A stretch of DNA of 64,000 nucleotides from Macrostomum lignano (Eukaryota), in contig NIVC01003224.1 in NCBI GenBank assembly GCA_002269645.1, positions 45,943-109,942 on the forward strand, in the 5' to 3' direction. A model generated the notes under the pieces. That model searched no databases. It was not told the origin of the DNA and saw only the letters and a program-made list of their open reading frames with translations. This document shows, piece by piece, positions 50,117 to 64,000 of this stretch. Made by a program: the position numbers and the translations under genes. The first letter of the stretch is position 1. Each line of letters begins with the position of its first letter.

Positions 50117-53100
50117 ATGAGATCGAGAAGCACTAGCTATATTTGTTGCCTGATATTTCTGTGCTGCTGCCTACTGTTTATAGTAGGATTACTTCTTTGG
50201 TTAAACCTGTTGCTGCTGACTGACCAGCAAGATAGTGTTGACTCGGATTATTTGAACCAATTCGCAAGGACGGCTACTCCTAGTCACAATGCCACACGGT
50301 GAGAGACAGGTCTTCTTATTTATTATAACTTACCAACGCTTCATTTATTATTCGACCAGATATACTGTCACAGACTTAGCTCAAAAATGACTCAAAGACC
50401 CGTTTAACTTTCCAATTTTTATGAAGAATTCAAACTTCAAAGAGTTTCAAAGAATTCAAAGAGTTCAAGAATTCAAGAGTTCAAGAATTCAAGAATTCAA
50501 AGAGTTTTAGTAGGACCCATCAAGCGTGCCAAGTCGCGTGCTTTAACCTCTACGCGACGAACCAAAATTTGCGTCACACCCTTTGCCGACGGCTGGCTGG
50601 CACGATTTCGTGCCAAGTGCATGAGTGTCAGAATTTCTATCCCCCGTTCCAGACGGCAGCTAGCTTCACAAGTACACCCGTATGTAGCAAAGCCGCTAAA
50701 CCAAAAGATAATTTGTCTATGGCTGGGGACCAAATGCTATGGCTGCATGTCTTTCATTCATGAGAAAACCTTACAGGGAAATATGGAAAGGGCACTATTT
50801 TCAACCATAGATTTTTATTGAAATCACTGTCGTGCTCATAATAGTTCTGCCAAGGACCTGCTTCAGAAATACAGAAACAGTCTTATTATAAAATTGGATA
50901 TTTTTATCCTCTGTCTACCCAAAGCACCAAGCATTTCGCTCCTGAGAATCATTACATGGCGTTAGACTTTGACGGAGACTCGGAGTGAGCTGGTTCACTG
51001 CTGATGATGAGTCAATTGACGGATCCAAAGTTGAAAATCCCCATAGTGACCAAGAAGGGCAGGATGAGTCACTTGTAGAAGAACAGTGGCATCTTGTTGA
51101 AGATGGCGCTGATGCCAGGCCAGCACCTCTGCCTGAGTTCCTCGGAGTACCAGGAGTCAGGCCCGATTTGCAGCTTCCTGAGATCGCCGACGGAAACGAG
51201 AGTGATTTTATCAAGCTGTACGAGGGCTGAGCAATAGTTTCAGATTTCAGAATCTGATTTTGTCAGATTTTGTCAGCCGCCTCTCAACTATGCACATCCG
51301 GAAACTTATTGCTCAGCCCTCGTATTTGACGGACGGGTTGATGGAGAACATCAAGAACTGAACAAACGCAAAGGTTTGGAAGACCTATGAGGATAACTTT
51401 GACGGTGGAACAGTCCCAAATTTTGTGCTGAACTGGAAGGACTGCACGGTTAATGAAGTAAGAAAATTGATCGGAATTGTTTTGCTGATGGGACTGGACA
51501 AGAAGCCTGAAATATCGAGCTATTAGTCGCAAGATCCGGCTTATCACTGTGCATTTCTTGCTGAGCCTTGTTCTCTTCCTAGAGACAGGTTCAAGCAGAT
51601 CTTGTCCTGTTTTCGCTTTTACGATTGCACTGAGGCTCTGCACGGGGGTCCCTTGGCTAAGACGCAGCCTTTTCTGCAACAGGCTAAGCAGCTGTGCAGC
51701 AACAACTATGCCTCGTCAGCGGCTCTCGATTGACGAAAGTCTCGTGCTGTACAAGGGAAGACTGTTGTTCAAGCAGTACATCCCAACGAAGAGCAGTAAG
51801 TACGGAATCAAGATGCTGCCTTTGTGAGTCCGACATGACCTACCTGAGGAATTTTGAAATCCATACATCAACTCAAGCCAACCAATTGTTCGGTGATGGA
51901 CTGGGCTGTCAAAATTTGTCCATGAGTGAGAGAGTTGTGGCTGAGTTGTGCCGCAATTTGCTTTACCTAGGCTACCATATTTTCACAGACAGTTGGTTCA
52001 CTTCGCACAGACTTGCTACGTGGCTGCTGCAACGGAATGTTCTTCTCACTGGCACAGCGCAAAAACCGCGGCATCCCAAACCTGTTGCAGGCTGTAAATC
52101 TGCAGCCAACTTCTTCCGCCATTGCACGCTCTGGAAATGTGCTTGCCTGCAAGTTTGTTGACAGGAAATAGAGTGGCGTCAAGACTGTTTTCGTATTGGA
52201 CACCGCTGGATCGGCCGAATGTAGGCAGGTTCAGCGCACTTGTCGTGGCGGCGGCGTTCAAATCGTCACCAAACCGACTAGCGTGCTCTCGTACTCTAAC
52301 AGCATGGGTGGCGTCGACCACATGGATTCCGCTCTACACCCGTACTTGGCCAATCGAAAAAGCATCCGGTGGTTCCACAAACTCGGGTTTCACCTGATCC
52401 TGCTGCTCGTTTGCAACGCTTGGATTGTCTACCAACAGGCAGGTGGCAGCAAGACTTTTCTGCAGTTCTTGAGACAGGCTATTAAAATATTGGTTGAGGA
52501 TACCGGTGATGCTAGGCGACGTGGAGCCCGGCCTCGTAGAGTTGGTGTGGGTGCCGGAGCTGCAGCAGGTGCGGGCGCCGGAGCTGCGGCAGGTGCGGGT
52601 GCCGGAGCGGCAGCAGGTGCGGATGCCGGAGCGGCAGCAGGTGCGGATGCCGGAGCGGCAGCAGGTGCGGATGCCAGAGCGGCAGCAGGTGCGGATGCCG
52701 GAGCGGCAACAGGTGCGGGTGCGGCAGTCGGTGTGGGCGTTCATTTGCCGACTAAGGCGCCAATACAAGGAGCTCAAAGCCGCCCACGCAAGCGCTGCCG
52801 GATGTGCTATCAGCATGGCGTGGTGAAAAGAACAGTGACTGTTTGTGCCGCTTGTCGAGGAGTTCCTGCATTGTGTTTGGGTGCTTGCTTTGCTTGCTGG
52901 CACATGGTTCATCCTAACTGACATGGTGGGATGAGCGGCTTTTGTGTTGAAAAAAAACAATGAAGTTTTGGCGGCCCAATGCGCACTTCTATTTATTCAT
53001 GATCTGAATTCCCTTTTTCTGTCACCTATTCTACTGTGTTTTTCTGTTCGAATACAGTTCAATTATACACAGCTCGTTCTATTTATTAATAGTCAAGACT

Positions 53101-54493
53101 TCCTAAAAACTAATGCTTTTTGCGTTAGTTTGTGTTATCAATACAGAAAGCATGATCTACGTTCGTGTTATACTATACTACGTATAAGATGCAAATGTAC
53201 TAACTAGCTCGTACTTCAAATACTATTATTCGTTTTTAATATACGCAGGTGTGCATTTGGTCCTGGTCCTATTCTTGATCTGTGATGATTGCCATAGACA
53301 GTGCCACCTAACCTATAGGAAAATAAGCAGCTTTCCAACTAAAACGGACGTGGCACGTTTTTGAGCCATGTCAGTCGGCAACGGGGGTATTAAATTCTGC
53401 AATCTACGATTGCCTTAGACACTAAGATTCGGTTCCGTCAATAACTATGATTACTTTATGGCACGAAATCGTGCCATCCGTCTTCTGCCGGTTAAAGCAG
53501 AAATACCTTGTTAACTATGCCAGTGGTCTAAAAGATGTAGTTGTCAACTATACTTTCAGTGTCCAGAAATGGAGAGGCAGACCACAGCAAGGCGGCAGCA
53601 GGTGCGCAATACCTCGCATGGAATCGAATCATAGCGCTGTAGAACGCCTAGTTTTCTGCCAGCTACTCGACCAGAAGAACCGCTTTGAGCCGTTTAATCG
53701 ATCGAGACTAGTAAACTTTACACAGGATCAAAATGGCTCAACTAATTGCGACGCGTCTCACGGCAAGCAGCCTCTGTTAACGAATTGGTTTAACTCTAGC
53801 CAACTAGCCAAGCGTTGAATCAGCGTTGCGCAGTTTCTAGCCTTCATTGGAAACGACACATTCCAGGCGGATAAACGATTTAATCAAAGCTGGACAAATG
53901 GCAATCGGTTAGAGAGGCTGCGAATTTACACCAGATACTTGATGAGCACTCCAACTATGCAAAGCTTGCACCTAACACTGCTTAACAACGGACTAATACC
54001 AGCAAACCAGACCAGCATTGAAGCATTCTTCAACGAGACAATGCACCCGTTGTGGTTTGAATTCTACGGCAGACGGAAAAAGCAGCAACGTCGAGGCTTC
54101 TACAATAGTTGCGGCTTTGAGCACGTGTTCGTTGGCGAACTTCGCGGCAAGAAGGTGATCGGCTTTCACAACTGGTTGCAGATGCTGTTACAAGAGGAAT
54201 CAAACAGCCTGACCTACACGGGCAATCGGGGAGTTCAGCAACAACCGGCCATTGTGGCTAGCGTCTGCTTCAACTGGTTCAATAGGAAAAAGGATTTCAG
54301 CACCATCATGCTAGGCGTGGAGCCAGAGTTTGAGCTGGCACTCTACACTGCAACGCATCTGCTCAAGGCTAATGGCGCTAGCAAGCTAACATTGGACGCA
54401 TCAAGAAGGTGGAGACTAGAAGTGCAGAACTTCGAGAACGATTTCGCTCTCAATCACGTTCACGCAGCATATCTGTACCGGTTAAAAGACTGA
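50117..54493 (+). CDS. ENDOU: EndoU/XendoU-family uridylate-specific endoribonuclease with an N-terminal hydrophobic anchor; one in-frame TGA (possible pseudogene or null allele)
   Basis: Exon 1 is 50117-50298 (MRSRSTSYICCLIFLCCCLLFIVGLLLWLNLLLL...; phase 2). Exon 2 is 53560-54493. ORFs 53447-53818 and 53939-54493 share a frame, separated only by TGA 53816-53818. Catalytic motifs GFEHVFVGE, GFHNW, KKDFS and PEFELALYT. Confidence 0.85.
50547..53491 (+). mobile_element. Degenerate piggyBac (PGBD4-like) DNA transposon in EndoU intron 1
   Basis: Transposase relic ~50985-52921 with DDD motifs SIDESLV, FTDSWFTS and MGGVDHMD, plus the C-terminal CRMC...CAAC..PALCLGACF..WH Cys-rich domain; multiple stops and frameshifts. 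TTAA-CC at 50543 and GG-TTAA at 53490-53495. An 18-bp subterminal palindrome (50598-50615) has its exact reverse complement at 53459-53476. A second inverted pair is 50579-50590/53374-53385. Ends approximate. Confidence 0.85.
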
Positions 54494-56210
54494 GCTGATT
54501 TCTCTTTTATTGCTAATGCTATTGCTAAGCAGATAAACTTATAGTGGTGGATAGAAATATTATTCTGTTTAATTTTTTGGATTCTGATTATATATTTTTC
54601 TTTTTTAAAATCCCAATTTTAAGCACTAACAACTTCAAGCTTTTTAAGATTTTTGCATAGTTCCAATTTGATCCTCTGAGAAACTTAGAAGAAAAATATT
54701 TTTTGTTGTATCCGGGATACTCAAGTATATATTCTAAGAAAGTGTCAAGTCTAAAACCCTACTATCTAAATGTCAATAAAAATAAATCGCAAGCTTATAA
54801 CTATGCTGCTGTATAACAACACAAAACAAAAAATAGACAATATATTTATGTCGATGGCTTCAATATGAATTAAAGTTTCACTCTGACAGCGCAATCTGAC
54901 AACAAAGGCTACGCACAAATAAATCTGGGTAACTCAATAATAACGGTCTGTCTCGAGTATGGAAGAAGTCCAGATAACTTTGGTTGAAATGGATCAAATT
55001 AGTTAATTATGAAATTAAGGAATATTCATGAAAAAATGGTTTCGGTTTCAAATGTTGACTAGCTGGTGAAACAAACGTGTTAAATCAATTTGAATAGGAA
55101 TAATAAAGGTTTGACAGTTTTTCACGACAGATTCTGGACGAAATAAAAACACAAATAAACAAAAACTTTCTATTTAGTCACGAAGAATGAAAACCTTTAT
55201 TATGTAAGGCTTGAATGACTACAGACAGATTAATTTAATTCATTAGAAAGCGCAACACCATAAGCAAAAAATAATTATATGATAATTCACACAAAAGAAA
55301 AGGAAAGCAGTCACCAGGAGAGAAAAATTAACACCTGTTATATACCGTTAAGATTTCAACTGGAACAAACTCAATATCCAAAAAAGTACGACAATAGACG
55401 AGACAAATGAAAACGTCTAACTATTACGATAAACAAATTAAATGTCAATGTTATTTATTCATTAATAAATTCTGTCATGCGATAAAACGAGGATAACGAA
55501 AATCACAAATCATACAAGCTATCAATACAATGAGGCGCTAGACACAGGACAATAATAGTAACAATATAATTTTATTTTAAGTATATAATCACTGCTCTTT
55601 ACAATTATCACAAAGCACTCGTTTAGGAACACTGAACAGTCGAATTGAACCGACTCAGAGGCATTTCAGAGCAGAGAAGAGAAAAAACGCTTATATCATT
55701 TGAATAATTGAATGAACAACTTCTACAAGTTTTCAATAACCATACTATAAATAGAATGATTCTTTTATTAGCAGTACAATTTTTTTTGCTTTACACCCTA
55801 CTTACAATAGTTAAGAGAAAAATCCTAATAATAACAAAGGGATTTACAGCTGCAGGCATTTGGAAATACCACCAAATCTTGCTAATATATTTCGGTAATT
55901 TATAGATCAATAAAGACACAAAGGAAACATTAAGCTGCAATTCAGATTTTATACCAGTATGAGAAAAAGTTTGTTGACGCAGATCAAACATTATATTGCC
56001 AATACAACACAAGACTGAGAACACGCGTGCGCTTTACGACAAATGTTATAGAATTGCTGATTAACACAATTTTATACATAGCTATTGTTAGTCCAGATGC
56101 ACTCCTGACTCAACAGTCGCTCCAAAGTCACTAAGTGAGTTGTTTGCAATGAAGCAATTTCATAGCGATTCTGATCAGGGTAAAATTTTTAACGGGAATC
56201 GGCAATGTTT

Positions 56211-63885
<7,675 letters not shown>

Positions 63886-64000
63886 GCTTTGCTAATTTAA
63901 AGACCACTTTGTTTATCTTTTGCTTCTGCCTGACTTCTGACAGGTGGTCAGAGATAGATACAGATCATAATAGTGCATTAAACAGGTAGGGTATTGCATA

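Noticed and set aside
53816-53818. Selenocysteine codon in EndoU
   Set aside because: The position is not catalytic, EndoU is not a known selenoprotein family, and no AUGA/AA/GA SECIS-like stem was seen in the AT-rich 3' region. Kept only as an unexplained stop.
54560-54590. AATTTTTTGG as an Sm site of an snRNA/SL RNA near SMN
   Set aside because: No flanking stem-loops or leader/donor sequence; common in AT-rich UTR DNA.

Overview
Eukaryotic (animal) genomic DNA with GC-rich exons, GT-AG introns, abundant transposon debris and about 25 tandem arrays. The style suggests a free-living flatworm such as Macrostomum, but that is an inference only. Manual splicing gives six host genes. (1) A three-exon GPI-anchored Ly6/uPAR (three-finger) protein gene on the minus strand, largely missed by the ORF track. 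(2) An eight-exon cation-type nicotinic acetylcholine receptor alpha subunit on the plus strand, transcribed divergently from the Ly6 gene. (3) A six-exon threonine-synthase-like gene (THNSL2 type, minus). (4) A compact two-exon SMN gene (minus). (5) A membrane-anchored EndoU ribonuclease gene (plus) with a piggyBac relic in its intron and one in-frame TGA. (6) RUNDC1 (minus) with several frame disruptions. Mobile DNA: an intact, very young Ty3/Gypsy element (identical 175-bp LTRs, ATAT TSD, -1 frameshift signal, non-canonical TA...CA ends), an APE-RT LINE relic, a second Gypsy relic, a piggyBac relic, MITEs/a foldback element and two tRNA-headed SINEs. Many introns are filled almost edge to edge by intron-specific mini/microsatellites. 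No CRISPR, rRNA or bona fide tRNA gene is supported. Top leads: the divergent Ly6-nAChR pair, the interrupted EndoU, the intron-filling satellites and SINE-head-derived satellites.
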